From assembly GCA_963977015.1 (NCBI GenBank), contig CAXBMO010000001.1, forward strand, positions 128,001 through 192,000: 64,000 nt of DNA. Direction: 5' to 3'. The first letter of the stretch is position 1. Each line of letters begins with the position of its first letter. A model generated the notes under the pieces. It did no database searches and was not told the DNA's origin. It was given only the letters and a program-made list of their open reading frames with translations. Made by a program: the position numbers and the translations under genes. Below, in pieces: positions 50,962 to 60,532 of this stretch. The DNA is from an uncultured bacterium (GTDB taxonomy: Bacteria > Verrucomicrobiota > Verrucomicrobiia > Verrucomicrobiales > DEV007).

Positions 50962-52503
50962 ATGCTGACTCGGGTCTACAGCGCTGCTCTGAATGGTGTG
51001 GATGCCATTGAAGTCGAAATCGAGGTCGATGAGCGTCGTAGCCGGAGCTTTCAGCAGGTGATTGTCGGGTTGCCGGACGCGGCGGTTCGGGAAAGTCGGG
51101 ATCGCGTCTTAACGGCATTGGCGAATTCCAAGCTCAATTTTCCGAAAGGGCATACCACCATCAACCTCGCTCCCGCGAATTTGAAGAAGGAAGGTCCCAG
51201 TTTTGATCTACCCATTGCCTTGGGAGTTGCTGCGCTGATGGATGAGGATTTCAACGATGATGCGTTCGATAAATGCACCATTGTTGGGGAGCTGGCTCTG
51301 AATGGGCGGGTTCGCCCCGTAAATGGAGTGCTGTCCCTGACCCTTGAGGCAAAGCGAAAGGGGCGGAAAGCGATGCTGGTTCCGCAGGAGAACGCCGCTG
51401 AGGCCTCGGTTGTCGAGGGCATCTATGTCTATGGAATCCCGACCCTGAATGACGCGGTAGCGCTCCTCAAGGGGGAGGGGAATATCAAACCGCAGAAGTT
51501 GGATCGGCAGGCCTTTTTTGGAGAGCGCAGCGTATACGACGTCGATTTCGCGGATGTGAAAGGGCAGCTTCATGCGAGGCGAGCACTGGAAGTGGCGATT
51601 GGTGGGGGACACAACGCGCTTCTCGTTGGTCCTCCGGGAACGGGCAAATCCATGATGGCCAAGCGGACGGTGACCATTATGCCGCCGATGACCGAGGAAG
51701 AGGCGATTGAAACGACCAAGATTCACAGTGTGGCCGGATTTTTGGAGAAGGACTCTGGATTTGTCGCGACCAGGCCGTTTCGCAGTCCTCATCACACGAT
51801 TTCCGACGCCGGTCTCCTTGGTGGGACGAGCAATCCGTCGCCCGGTGAAGTGAGTTTGGCTCACAACGGTATTTTGTTTTTGGACGAGCTTCCCGAATTT
51901 CGCCGATCGACCCTCGAGGTGATGCGACAGCCGCTGGAAGATGGCAGAGTCACGATATCGCGAGCGGCCGCCACGTTCACGTTTCCGAGTCGATTCAATC
52001 TCATTGCCGCCATGAATCCCTGCAAATGCGGTTATCTCGGCGATCCAAAGCGGGACTGCTCTTGTTCTGCCGCCGAGATTGAAAATTATCGAAACCGGAT
52101 TTCGGGCCCGCTCCTGGACCGAATTGACCTCCACGTTGAAGTTCCCATGGTCGATTACAAAGAGTTGGCCGCGGAAGAGCGTGGTGAGAGTTCCGAAAAA
52201 ATCCGTGAGCGAGTCATCCGTTGCCGTGAAATCCAGTTGGAACGCTTTTCCTCAGTCCCCGATACAACGTGCAACGGGGCGATGCCACCCAAAGTGATGC
52301 GTCAGCATTGCCGCTTGGATTCCAAGTGCAGCAAAGCCTTGGACGATGCGATGGAGCGCTTGAACTTCAGTGCCAGGGCCCACGATCGAATTCTGAAAGT
52401 GGCCCGGACGCTGGCGGATTTGGAGGCTTCTCCCCATATTCGCGAGGACGATGTTCTGGAGGCGATTCAGTATCGGACGTTGGATCGCCAGTTGTGGCGG
52501 TGA
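50962..52503 (+). CDS. comM: YifB/ComM Mg-chelatase-like AAA+ ATPase
   Basis: VGLPDAAVRESRDRV, NLAPA, GPPGTGKS, PGEVSLAHNGILFLDELPEF, MNPCKCG. Confidence 0.92.
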   Translation: MLTRVYSAALNGVDAIEVEIEVDERRSRSFQQVIVGLPDAAVRESRDRVLTALANSKLNFPKGHTTINLAPANLKKEGPSFDLPIALGVAALMDEDFNDDAFDKCTIVGELALNGRVRPVNGVLSLTLEAKRKGRKAMLVPQENAAEASVVEGIYVYGIPTLNDAVALLKGEGNIKPQKLDRQAFFGERSVYDVDFADVKGQLHARRALEVAIGGGHNALLVGPPGTGKSMMAKRTVTIMPPMTEEEAIETTKIHSVAGFLEKDSGFVATRPFRSPHHTISDAGLLGGTSNPSPGEVSLAHNGILFLDELPEFRRSTLEVMRQPLEDGRVTISRAAATFTFPSRFNLIAAMNPCKCGYLGDPKRDCSCSAAEIENYRNRISGPLLDRIDLHVEVPMVDYKELAAEERGESSEKIRERVIRCREIQLERFSSVPDTTCNGAMPPKVMRQHCRLDSKCSKALDDAMERLNFSARAHDRILKVARTLADLEASPHIREDDVLEAIQYRTLDRQLWR

Positions 52504-52556
52504 ATTGAAGCCCTCTTTCAAATTGCAAAGTAGTTAAGAAAACCTTACTAAGTGGC

Positions 52557-52970
52557 ATGTCGAATGGAACTTGGATTGCGTTTGCTGCGATTGGTCTCGT
52601 TTTCTTCTGGCTCTACAAGTCTGAGCCGGAACCCTACACGCCGTCGAGCGGTGCTGGATTGGTCGAAATCACGCCGGCCAATTTCCAACCTCTCGTGATG
52701 CAGAGCTCCCAACCGGTTCTGGCCTATTTCTGGGCGAGTTGGTGAGGACCGTGCAAACGCGCTTCACCGTTGGTGAAGCAGGCAGCTGGTAAAATTGGAC
52801 CTTCAGGAATTGTGGCGATGATCAATGTCGATCAGAATCCGGAAGCGGCTCGAGCCTTTCAGGTTCGGGGAATTCCCCACCTCGTAGTCATCAAAAACGG
52901 CCAGAAAGTGGAACAGATTCGCCCTGACAACGCGGAACGAATCGCGGCCGCTTTCCAGAAGCACTTCTAG
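52557..52970 (+). CDS. Membrane-anchored thioredoxin, probable selenoprotein (UGPC; Sec at TGA 52743-52745)
   Basis: Track ORFs 52557..52745 and 52770..52970 share one frame: ...AYFWASW-TGA-GPCKRASP...INVDQNP...VRGIP; N-terminal TM; SECIS-like hairpin downstream. Confidence 0.8.
52761..52779 (+). promoter_or_regulatory. Bacterial SECIS-like hairpin
   Basis: GCTTCACC-GTT-GGTGAAGC, a perfect 8-bp stem whose loop starts with GU 23 nt after the UGA. Confidence 0.65.
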
Positions 52971-52974
52971 TAGT

Positions 52975-55900
52975 TTAGTAAGCCAGATTGGGGCTGAGCC
53001 ATCTCTCGACCTCTTCGATGCTCATGCCCTTGCGCTTCGCATAGTCTTCGACCTGATCTTTGTTGATCTTTCCGACGCCAAAGTAGCGGGCGTCCGGGTG
53101 GGAGTAGTAGATTCCGCTGACGCTTGCCCCGGGATGCATCGCCATGCTTTCCGTGAGGCTCACTCCGGTTTTGCCGGTCGCTTCCAGAATGTCGAAGAGA
53201 ATTGGTTTCTCCGTGTGATCGGGACATGCCGGATATCCTCCCGCTGGACGAATGCCGCGGTATTTTTCGCGAATCAGGTCATCGTGGTCGAGGTTTTCGT
53301 CTTTGCCGAATCCCCAATCTTCGCGCACGCGCTTGTGGAGAAACTCAGCAAAAGCCTCAGCCAACCGGTCCGCCAATGCCTTTGCCATGATTCCCTGATA
53401 GTCGTCATGGTCCGCTTGAAACTCGGCGGCAAACTCGTCGGCGTTGTGCCCGGCCGTGCAGACAAATCCGCCCAGATAGTCCGTTCGTCCCGAATCCTTG
53501 GGCGCGACGAAGTCGGCAAGAGCAAAGTTGGGCTTGTCCTTCTTTTCCATCTGTTGGCGAAGCGTGTGAAATGTGGTCACGACTTCGCCGCGGCTTGTAT
53601 CACCGTAAACTTCGATGTCGTCACCGACGCTGTTTGCGGGCCAGAAACCGTAAATCCCTTTCGCGCCAAAAACCTTCTCATCGACGATTCGGTTCAGGAG
53701 TTGCTGGGCATCATCGAAGAGTTTCTTGGCTTCTTCCCCAACATATTCGTCCTCGAAAATCGCCGGGTAGCGACCGCGGAGTTCCCAAGTGTGGAAGAAG
53801 GGGGACCAATCAATGAACGGAACCAATTCCGACAACTCGGGCTCGACCACCTTCACGCCGACAAAGTTTGGTTCGGCGATTTCCTGCGTTTCCCAATCGC
53901 AGGTGAAACGTCGTTCGCGGGCCGTCTTGATGGGAAGAAGTTTCTTGGCTTCGCCCTTCGCCGCGAATTTTTCTCGAAGGTCCACATGGCGCGCTTCGTT
54001 CTTCTCGACAAACGCGTCGTGTCCATCTTCGCTCAGCAACGAGCTAACCACCGGAACAGAACGAGAGGCGTCCAGAACGTGCACCACCGAGTGATTGTAG
54101 TGGGGGGCGATTTTGATCGCGGTGTGAGCCGGGCTTGTTGTGGCTCCACCAATGAGGAGCGGAATGTCGAATCCTTCGCGCTTCATTTCGGCCGCGACAT
54201 GCATCATTTCGTCGAGCGATGGTGTGATCAATCCGGATAAGCCGATGATGTCCGCGTTTTCTTCTTTGGCACGGGCAAGAATGTCGGCACTCGGAACCAT
54301 TACGCCCATGTCAATCACATCAAAGCCGTTGCAGCCTAACACGACACCTACGATGTTTTTGCCGATGTCGTGAACGTCGCCTTTGACCGTCGCCATGATG
54401 ATCTTGCCGGCCGACTTCTGGTTCGGGTTCGCCTTTTTCTCTTCTTCCATCAATGGCGTCAGCCAGGCCACGGACTTCTTCATCACGCGTGCAGACTTCA
54501 CCACTTGGGGAAGGAACATCTTTCCGGCGCCAAACAGATCGCCGACGATGCTCATCCCATCCATGAGCGGACCTTCGATGACCTTGAGCGGACGCCCATA
54601 TTTTGCGAGCGCCTCTTCCGTGTCTTCATCGATGAAGTCGGTGATTCCCTTCAAAAGTGCATGTTCAAGCCGCTTCTCGACCGTGTCCTCACGCCACTTC
54701 AGGTCGACTTCCTGTTTCTTCCCGGCCTGCCCTTTGAATTGCTCCGCGTAGTCGATGAGGACGTCGGTTGCACCGGAATTCCGGTTCAAAAGCACGTCCT
54801 CGACTTTCTCGAGAAGATCTTTTGGAATCTCGTCGTAAACCTCCAGCATTCCCGCGTTCACGATGCCCATGTCCATTCCGGCTTTCGTCGCGTGATAGAG
54901 GAACGCGGAATGCATGGCTTCACGAACAACGTTGTTGCCGCGAAAACTGAAGGAAATATTGGAAACGCCGCCGCTGACCTTGGCGCCCGGAAGGTTTTCC
55001 TTGATCCAACGCGTCGCATTGATGAAGTCGACCGCATAGTTGTTATGCTCCTCCATCCCGGTCGCGACCGTGAGAATGTTGGGGTCGAAAATGATATCCT
55101 GCGGATTGAAACCGACTTCATCGACGAGAATTCGGTAGGCGCGTTCACAGATCCGGATCTTCTCTTCGTAGGTTGCGGCCTGACCTTTTTCGTCGAATGC
55201 CATCACCACGACAGCGGCGCCATATTTCATGACCTTGCGGGCCGATTCCCTGAATTTTTCTTCACCCTCCTTGAGTGAAATGGAGTTCACGATTCCCTTT
55301 CCCTGAAGGCATTTCAGACCGGCCTCGATCACTTCCCATTTCGATGAGTCGACCATGATGGGGACCGCCGCGACGTCAGGTTCGCCCTGAAGGAGCTTCA
55401 GGAAGTCTGTCATCATTTCAGCCCCATCGATCAGGCCTTCATCCATGCAGATGTCGATGACCGGAGCTCCATTTTCGACCTGTTGGCGAGCCACACTGAC
55501 CGCATCTTCGAGTTTGCCCTCTTTGATGAGTTTGCGAAATCTCGGGGAGCCGGCAACGTTCGTGCGCTCACCAATCATGAGGAAATTCTTGTCCTCGGTG
55601 TGATTGTAAACGTCCGAGCCCGCCAACCGGAGAATGGGCTCGGCTTTCGGCAATGGTCTCGGGGCTCTGCCTTCAAGGGCCTTCGCAATTGCTGCGACGT
55701 GTTCCGGAGTGTTGCCGCAGCAACCGCCTGCAAAGTTCAGGAAGCCGGAATCGGCAAAGTCCGTCATGCATTCCCCCATATCGTCCGGGAGGAGGTCAAA
55801 GCCGGTTGGTGCCAGGGGATTGGGCATTCCGGCATTGGGATAGGCTGAAACATAAGTTTCACACCGTGAACCCAATTCTTCCAGAAATGGGCGCATTTTG

Positions 55901-56736
55901 TCCGGGCCGAGAGAGCAGTTCAACCCAACCGCCAGCGGCTTGACGTGGGCAACCGAGTTCCAGAGTGCTTCAACGCGTTGCGCGGAGATCATGGTCTCGC
56001 CTCCCATTCCGACGGCCGCGGAAACAATCACGGGCAGTTCGATGCCGTCCTTGTCGAAAATGTCTCGAATCGCGACCAGCGCGGCTTTCGAATTCAGGGC
56101 GTCAAAAATGGTTTCGACCATCAGAATGTCCGCGCCTCCCTCGATCAGGGCGCGGATTTGATGCAGATAGCTTTGATAAACCTGGTCGAACGTCACGGTC
56201 CGGAAGCCCGCATCCTCGGCATCGGGTGAAACCGACAACGAAACCGTCATTGGACCGATGGCGCCCGCTACATACCGCTTGCGCCCAGTATCGGATCCAA
56301 TCTCGTCGGCCCACTTTCGGGCCAGCTTGACGGATTCGACATTGATTTCCCAAGCGAGGTCATTGAGGAACTGGTCTTCAATCACCTCCTGATAAAATTC
56401 GGGATCTTTCCGGCCTCCGATCTCTCGGGGATCCTGTTTGAAAAACTCGCTCTGGGCGATGGATGTTCCCGAGAAGGTGTTGGTCTCGACAATGTCCGAA
56501 CCCGCCTCGTAAAACCGTTTGTGGATGTCGCCGATCGTCCCGGGTTGGGTGAGGCTGAGGATGTCTCCGTTATTCAGGAGGTCTTTGGGCGCGTCCTTGA
56601 ATCGAGCGCCTCTCGCATCCGTCTCTGAGTGTCCGTAGCCCCGAATGGTTGTTCCCATGGCCCCGTCCAAGATGAGAATGCGTTCATCGAGAGCTTTTTT
56701 GAGTTCCCGGGTGATATTGGATTCAGCTTCGGACAT
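52975..56736 (-). CDS. metH: Cobalamin-dependent methionine synthase
   Basis: [24 protein letters not shown]12 motif [12 protein letters not shown], activation domain GYPACPDH. Confidence 0.98.
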   Translation of the reverse strand: MSEAESNITRELKKALDERILILDGAMGTTIRGYGHSETDARGARFKDAPKDLLNNGDILSLTQPGTIGDIHKRFYEAGSDIVETNTFSGTSIAQSEFFKQDPREIGGRKDPEFYQEVIEDQFLNDLAWEINVESVKLARKWADEIGSDTGRKRYVAGAIGPMTVSLSVSPDAEDAGFRTVTFDQVYQSYLHQIRALIEGGADILMVETIFDALNSKAALVAIRDIFDKDGIELPVIVSAAVGMGGETMISAQRVEALWNSVAHVKPLAVGLNCSLGPDKMRPFLEELGSRCETYVSAYPNAGMPNPLAPTGFDLLPDDMGECMTDFADSGFLNFAGGCCGNTPEHVAAIAKALEGRAPRPLPKAEPILRLAGSDVYNHTEDKNFLMIGERTNVAGSPRFRKLIKEGKLEDAVSVARQQVENGAPVIDICMDEGLIDGAEMMTDFLKLLQGEPDVAAVPIMVDSSKWEVIEAGLKCLQGKGIVNSISLKEGEEKFRESARKVMKYGAAVVVMAFDEKGQAATYEEKIRICERAYRILVDEVGFNPQDIIFDPNILTVATGMEEHNNYAVDFINATRWIKENLPGAKVSGGVSNISFSFRGNNVVREAMHSAFLYHATKAGMDMGIVNAGMLEVYDEIPKDLLEKVEDVLLNRNSGATDVLIDYAEQFKGQAGKKQEVDLKWREDTVEKRLEHALLKGITDFIDEDTEEALAKYGRPLKVIEGPLMDGMSIVGDLFGAGKMFLPQVVKSARVMKKSVAWLTPLMEEEKKANPNQKSAGKIIMATVKGDVHDIGKNIVGVVLGCNGFDVIDMGVMVPSADILARAKEENADIIGLSGLITPSLDEMMHVAAEMKREGFDIPLLIGGATTSPAHTAIKIAPHYNHSVVHVLDASRSVPVVSSLLSEDGHDAFVEKNEARHVDLREKFAAKGEAKKLLPIKTARERRFTCDWETQEIAEPNFVGVKVVEPELSELVPFIDWSPFFHTWELRGRYPAIFEDEYVGEEAKKLFDDAQQLLNRIVDEKVFGAKGIYGFWPANSVGDDIEVYGDTSRGEVVTTFHTLRQQMEKKDKPNFALADFVAPKDSGRTDYLGGFVCTAGHNADEFAAEFQADHDDYQGIMAKALADRLAEAFAEFLHKRVREDWGFGKDENLDHDDLIREKYRGIRPAGGYPACPDHTEKPILFDILEATGKTGVSLTESMAMHPGASVSGIYYSHPDARYFGVGKINKDQVEDYAKRKGMSIEEVERWLSPNLAY

Positions 56737-56798
56737 GGATATGATGTTAGATGGAAGTATTTGCCCTAAAAAACGCCTTCCTCAAGATCAAATATCGA

Positions 56799-56820
56799 CA
56801 TATCAAGATATCTAGATATG
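56799..56820. promoter_or_regulatory. SahR/SamR-like operator upstream of metH
   Basis: Near-perfect palindrome CATATCAAGATATCTAGATATG resembling the ATATCAA-N6-TTGATAT methionine-regulon box. Confidence 0.6.
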
Positions 56821-56945
56821 AAAATTTGGTTCAATCTGCGGGTGTAACCGCGGAAAAGATCTAAAAAATTAAGCAATTGACATGCGCATTACTTCTTGCG
56901 CTATACTCTCGGCCTCTTCCCAACCTTTTATTTTAATTCGCACGA

Positions 56946-57692
56946 ATGAGCGACTCCGCAAACCAGCCGCCCCGCCCCACAAACAAGACTTCGACAGTTC
57001 CTCTCAAAAAGGAGACTGTGCGGATTACGCTAAAGGCAAAGCCCGGTGAAGGTGCCGGCCCTGCAACTCCAGCAGCCGTTCCACCGCCAAGACCAGCGGG
57101 TGCTGTTCCTGCTCCGGTTCCGACGGCCCCCAAACCAGCCGCTCCAAAACCGGGAGGCATTCCAGCTCCTGCTCCACCAAGGCCAGCTGGCGCGGTCGCT
57201 CCCCCACCGGCCGGTGGGGCTCCAGCTCCAAAGCCTGCACCTCTTCCGACGGCTCCAAAGCCAGCCGCTCCAGTGGGGGCGAAGACGATTCCGTTGGCGA
57301 AGCCACCAGCACCCGGTGGCGGGATCCCTGCTCCGGCGCCAAAAACCGCTCAACTTACTCCCGCTCCCAAAGCTCCCACAGGTGCACGGACCATTCCTTT
57401 GGCCAAAGCGCCTGGTGTTGGTCCTGCGACACCAGCGCCCGGCGGAGCAACTCCGCTGCCCAAGGCCACGGTAAAGCTTCAAAAAACGCAGCCAATGTCA
57501 AAGGGGGCGCCGACCACGGCCCTCAAGCCACCTTCGGCTGCTGGTGCTGCAGCCACGGCGTTTGATGATGACGAGTACGAATATGAAGAGTACGAAGAAG
57601 AAGCCGGTTTGATGCCTTTCGCAGTGATCGTGCTGATTCTTGCCGTGATCGTCCTGTTGATTGAGCTGTTTACCAAATTCAGCGGATCCTAA
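56946..57692 (+). CDS. Pro/Ala-rich disordered protein with an acidic patch and a C-terminal TM anchor
   Basis: PAPK/PAPP low complexity, DDDEYEYEEYEEE, then hydrophobic MPFAVIVLILAVIVLLIELF. Confidence 0.8.
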   Translation: MSDSANQPPRPTNKTSTVPLKKETVRITLKAKPGEGAGPATPAAVPPPRPAGAVPAPVPTAPKPAAPKPGGIPAPAPPRPAGAVAPPPAGGAPAPKPAPLPTAPKPAAPVGAKTIPLAKPPAPGGGIPAPAPKTAQLTPAPKAPTGARTIPLAKAPGVGPATPAPGGATPLPKATVKLQKTQPMSKGAPTTALKPPSAAGAAATAFDDDEYEYEEYEEEAGLMPFAVIVLILAVIVLLIELFTKFSGS

Positions 57693-57715
57693 GTCCCATT
57701 TCCAATTCTGAAGTC

Positions 57716-57793
57716 ATGCCATTTGCTCTCATCCTCCTGCTCGTATCCCTCGCTGTCCTGCTTATCGAGGTGATGACGATGCTTAATTCCTAG
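57716..57793 (+). CDS. Small (25 aa) single-TM peptide paralogous to the upstream C-terminal anchor
   Basis: MPFALILLLVSLAVLLIEVMTMLNS* aligns without gaps to MPFAVIVLILAVIVLLIELFTKFSG; below the ORF-track size cut-off. Confidence 0.55.
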   Translation: MPFALILLLVSLAVLLIEVMTMLNS

Positions 57794-57926
57794 GACTTTC
57801 CGTTCGGGTTTTTGAGATTCTCGTCTGCAATGCCAATCACTGGGCCTTGACAGGGCGCAGTAATTCCTGATCATGATGCTCGCTTCCAGTCTGTAAGCTG
57901 GAACGCATACGAACCGACACAAGATC

Positions 57927-58253
57927 ATGGCAAATTTAATCGAACTTAATGCAGAGAACTTCGCTCAAGAAGTGGAACAAAGTGACGTACCGGTTCTCGT
58001 TGATTACTGGGCTTCCTGGTGCGGACCTTGCCGCATGATTACTCCTATTCTTGAAGAGCTTTCTCAAGATGTCGGTGACAAATTCAAGATCGCGAAGGTC
58101 AATGTCGATGAGCATCAGGACCTCGCTGCTAAATTCGGCGTTCGCAGCCTGCCGACCCTCCTCTTCTTTAAAGGCGGAGAAGTTAAAGACACCGTAGTTG
58201 GCGCAGGAACTCCAAAAGCAGGGCTCCTTCAGAAGCTCGAAGCGCTTGCCTAG
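57927..58253 (+). CDS. trxA: Thioredoxin
   Basis: VLVDYWASWCGPCRMI, KVNVDE, GVRSLPT. Confidence 0.97.
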   Translation: MANLIELNAENFAQEVEQSDVPVLVDYWASWCGPCRMITPILEELSQDVGDKFKIAKVNVDEHQDLAAKFGVRSLPTLLFFKGGEVKDTVVGAGTPKAGLLQKLEALA

Positions 58254-58282
58254 GCTTTAGAACCCATTTGATCAATTCGGAA

Positions 58283-58325
58283 GCACCTGTGAAGGCTGGT
58301 TCGCCAATTTTCACAGGTGTTTTTG
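58283..58325 (+). terminator. trxA terminator
   Basis: GCACCTGTGAA...TTCACAGGTGT followed by TTTTT. Confidence 0.75.
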
Positions 58326-58396
58326 CGTACCTATTCTTATGGGGGCTGGAAGAAGGGGATCTGAATGAGGTTCTTTCCGCCAATTTCTCATGCGTC

Positions 58397-58564
58397 AAAA
58401 AGAAAACAGGCGCGCCTCTGGGGAGAGGCACGCCCGTAAGCCACGCGCACAATTCAACACTTTTTTGAAGAACCCGATATCCACTGAAGGGAGCTAAGTC
58501 CGGTTCGGTGTTCCTCGGGAAAATTTTCAGCGGCTATCCCGGCTCACCCGGTTTTTGCTGCTTT
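58397..58564 (-). ncRNA. Putative small RNA, sibling copy 2 (5' end approximate)
   Basis: Reverse complement matches 41249-41377, with the same terminator and upstream motif; convergent with trxA. Confidence 0.7.
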
Positions 58565-58573
58565 CACAATAAC

Positions 58574-58601
58574 AAGCGAACCAGTTTGGGCCTTTTGTTT
58601 A
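58574..58601 (-). promoter_or_regulatory. Bipartite promoter-like motif of ncRNA copy 2
   Basis: Minus strand TAAACAAA-AGGCCCAAACTGGT-TCGCTT. Confidence 0.6.
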
Positions 58602-58699
58602 AAAATGTGACAAAAAAGGAAAAAACCTTTTCGAAGACGGTTAGGGCGTTTTGAGAGGTGGTGTAAATAACCAGTGCCTGAAGGTTCACCAAAATTGCC

Positions 58700-59509
58700 C
58701 TAGAGCCACACATTGCTGCCGGCCACATCGGAACTCCAAGGTTTTGCGGTGTTCCGCAAAACGGCTTTCACCAAGGGGGCGCTCAAGTCGGGATACTTGG
58801 AAAGGAGTTTGGCAATCAGCCCGCTCATTCGCGGGGCAGCGTAGCTGCTCCCGGTGACCGTCTTCCACCCTCCATCCAACCAGGGAACGGGAACTTTTTC
58901 GCCACGCGCAAAGAACTCCACCATCTGGCCGGAACGGTAGTGGAAGTCGTCACCTTCGATTCTGCCCATGTTAACCGCTATGACGCTAGGGAAATGCGAT
59001 GGCCACTCCGCGCGAGTGTAGTTGGTGTTGTTGCAGGCCGTAACGATATGCACATCGGCTAGGTAGGCTTTGTCGATCCATGTCTTGAAATAGCGGAAAA
59101 TCGACGGCCGGGCAGGAGTTCCGAAGCTGCAATTGATGATGTGATAGCCTTGATCAATCGCCGCTTGAACCGCCGTTTGCAGGTAGGCCGCTTTTCCGGC
59201 GGTTTGGCCTTCGGTAACCTGCAAGACTTTGAAACTTCCGAGTTCAGCTTCTGGCGCGACCTGATGAATGAGATGGGCAATCGCGGTTCCGTGCCCAAAT
59301 GCGTCTCCGCCTTTGTCTTCCTCGATTTCCATACCCAGATCCGTTTCGATGACAGCATACTGATCGACGATCGGAACGTCTTTCAGGACTGGGTGGGAAG
59401 TGTCGATTCCTGAATCAAGAATCGCAACTTTGATGCCCTTGCCCGTCCCATCCGCCAGTGCTTTTCTGGCCTGGGAGGGGGAAATCCAGGGGAGATTCGG
59501 CTTAGGCAT
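58700..59509 (-). CDS. Minimal S8 (subtilase) serine peptidase, no signal or propeptide
   Basis: Catalytic triad motifs ILDSGID, HGTAIA, TGSSYAAP. Confidence 0.88.
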   Translation of the reverse strand: MPKPNLPWISPSQARKALADGTGKGIKVAILDSGIDTSHPVLKDVPIVDQYAVIETDLGMEIEEDKGGDAFGHGTAIAHLIHQVAPEAELGSFKVLQVTEGQTAGKAAYLQTAVQAAIDQGYHIINCSFGTPARPSIFRYFKTWIDKAYLADVHIVTACNNTNYTRAEWPSHFPSVIAVNMGRIEGDDFHYRSGQMVEFFARGEKVPVPWLDGGWKTVTGSSYAAPRMSGLIAKLLSKYPDLSAPLVKAVLRNTAKPWSSDVAGSNVWL

Positions 59510-59518
59510 GGCAGGCGG

Positions 59519-60049
59519 TTATTCTTCCTCGGATTCGCGGATCGACTCCATCAGTTGGCAATCGATCAGTCGCTCAAGAACAATGGCGGAGTGCTGAAGC
59601 TCGTCCAGATCTCTCACCTCAAACTGACCTTTCTCCAATTTTACACAGGAAATTACGCCACGTGCATGGTTGGCAAAGAAAAAGGGCACCGCGATCATCG
59701 CTGCGGTCACTTGATGCATCGCTTTGTCGATGGTCTTATCATGGGAGGCATTCTTCGTGACCTCATTTTCACAAAACGGCTGGCCGCTGTGATAGACCAT
59801 GCTGACCACGCCACGCGCCAGAGGTTGACGGACGTTGGTGACGAAATCGGCAGCATTGGGGCCACTGTTGAAGATCGGAATCAAGACCTGCCCCTTCAGA
59901 TTCGCAATCCAGAGTGTTCCTTCATCCGCATTGACGCGGTTGAAACCGTTCGCAAGAACGCGACGAGCCACACTGTCAAAAGCTTCGGAAAGGCATTGCG
60001 CGGACGCAGCCTTGCCGGCGTGTTCGAACTTTCGGTTCAGAGAATTCAT
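59519..60049 (-). CDS. Stand-alone GAF domain protein (start may be 60097)
   Basis: GTLWIAN...QPLARGVVSMVYHSGQP...AMIAVPF...GVISCVK...FEVRDLDEL GAF pattern; ends 9 nt upstream of the S8 gene. Confidence 0.75.
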   Translation of the reverse strand: MNSLNRKFEHAGKAASAQCLSEAFDSVARRVLANGFNRVNADEGTLWIANLKGQVLIPIFNSGPNAADFVTNVRQPLARGVVSMVYHSGQPFCENEVTKNASHDKTIDKAMHQVTAAMIAVPFFFANHARGVISCVKLEKGQFEVRDLDELQHSAIVLERLIDCQLMESIRESEEE

Positions 60050-60532
60050 GATCGACCCTTCTGGCTTACTGTGAGGGAAGAACTGTATTACCTGCAACTC
60101 CTCACTTCACCTTTGTGTAAGGGAAAGAGCGCCGGGAGGCTGGGAGGATGAACATTCGCCTCCCGGCGCATGGTTGGGCAGAGATAAGTGGGAACCGCCA
60201 CGTACCGCGACTCACATGGAAAATTTGGTGCCGTGTTGGCCGGCCGAGACGCCACCTAGCGTTTCGACCGGCCATCGGGGCCTGCTGTATTGGGTGATTT
60301 TAGATTGGAAAGTCTGAAAGACTTCCCTCATCAAAATTGGGGTCTGGGAGATTTCGGATTTTGAATTACTCGCAATCACGGCTCTTTTGATCAATGACTG
60401 CGCTTTTTGTAGCCTCGGCACACTATTGAGCGCAAGCGTAAAGTAAGAAAAATGTTCAAATGATCAATTTATGATCAAAATGGCAAATGGATTGATACGC
60501 AACTTTTCGCTCTTTGAGCGGTTTATACTGTC

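Noticed and set aside
50559-51011. 150-aa ORF in the sigma-comM gap
   Set aside because: AT-rich, no motif, overlaps the comM start; more likely regulatory DNA.
52770-52970. ORF-track call of two separate small ORFs (62 aa and 66 aa)
   Set aside because: Same frame, joined by a UGA at the catalytic position; treated as one recoded gene.
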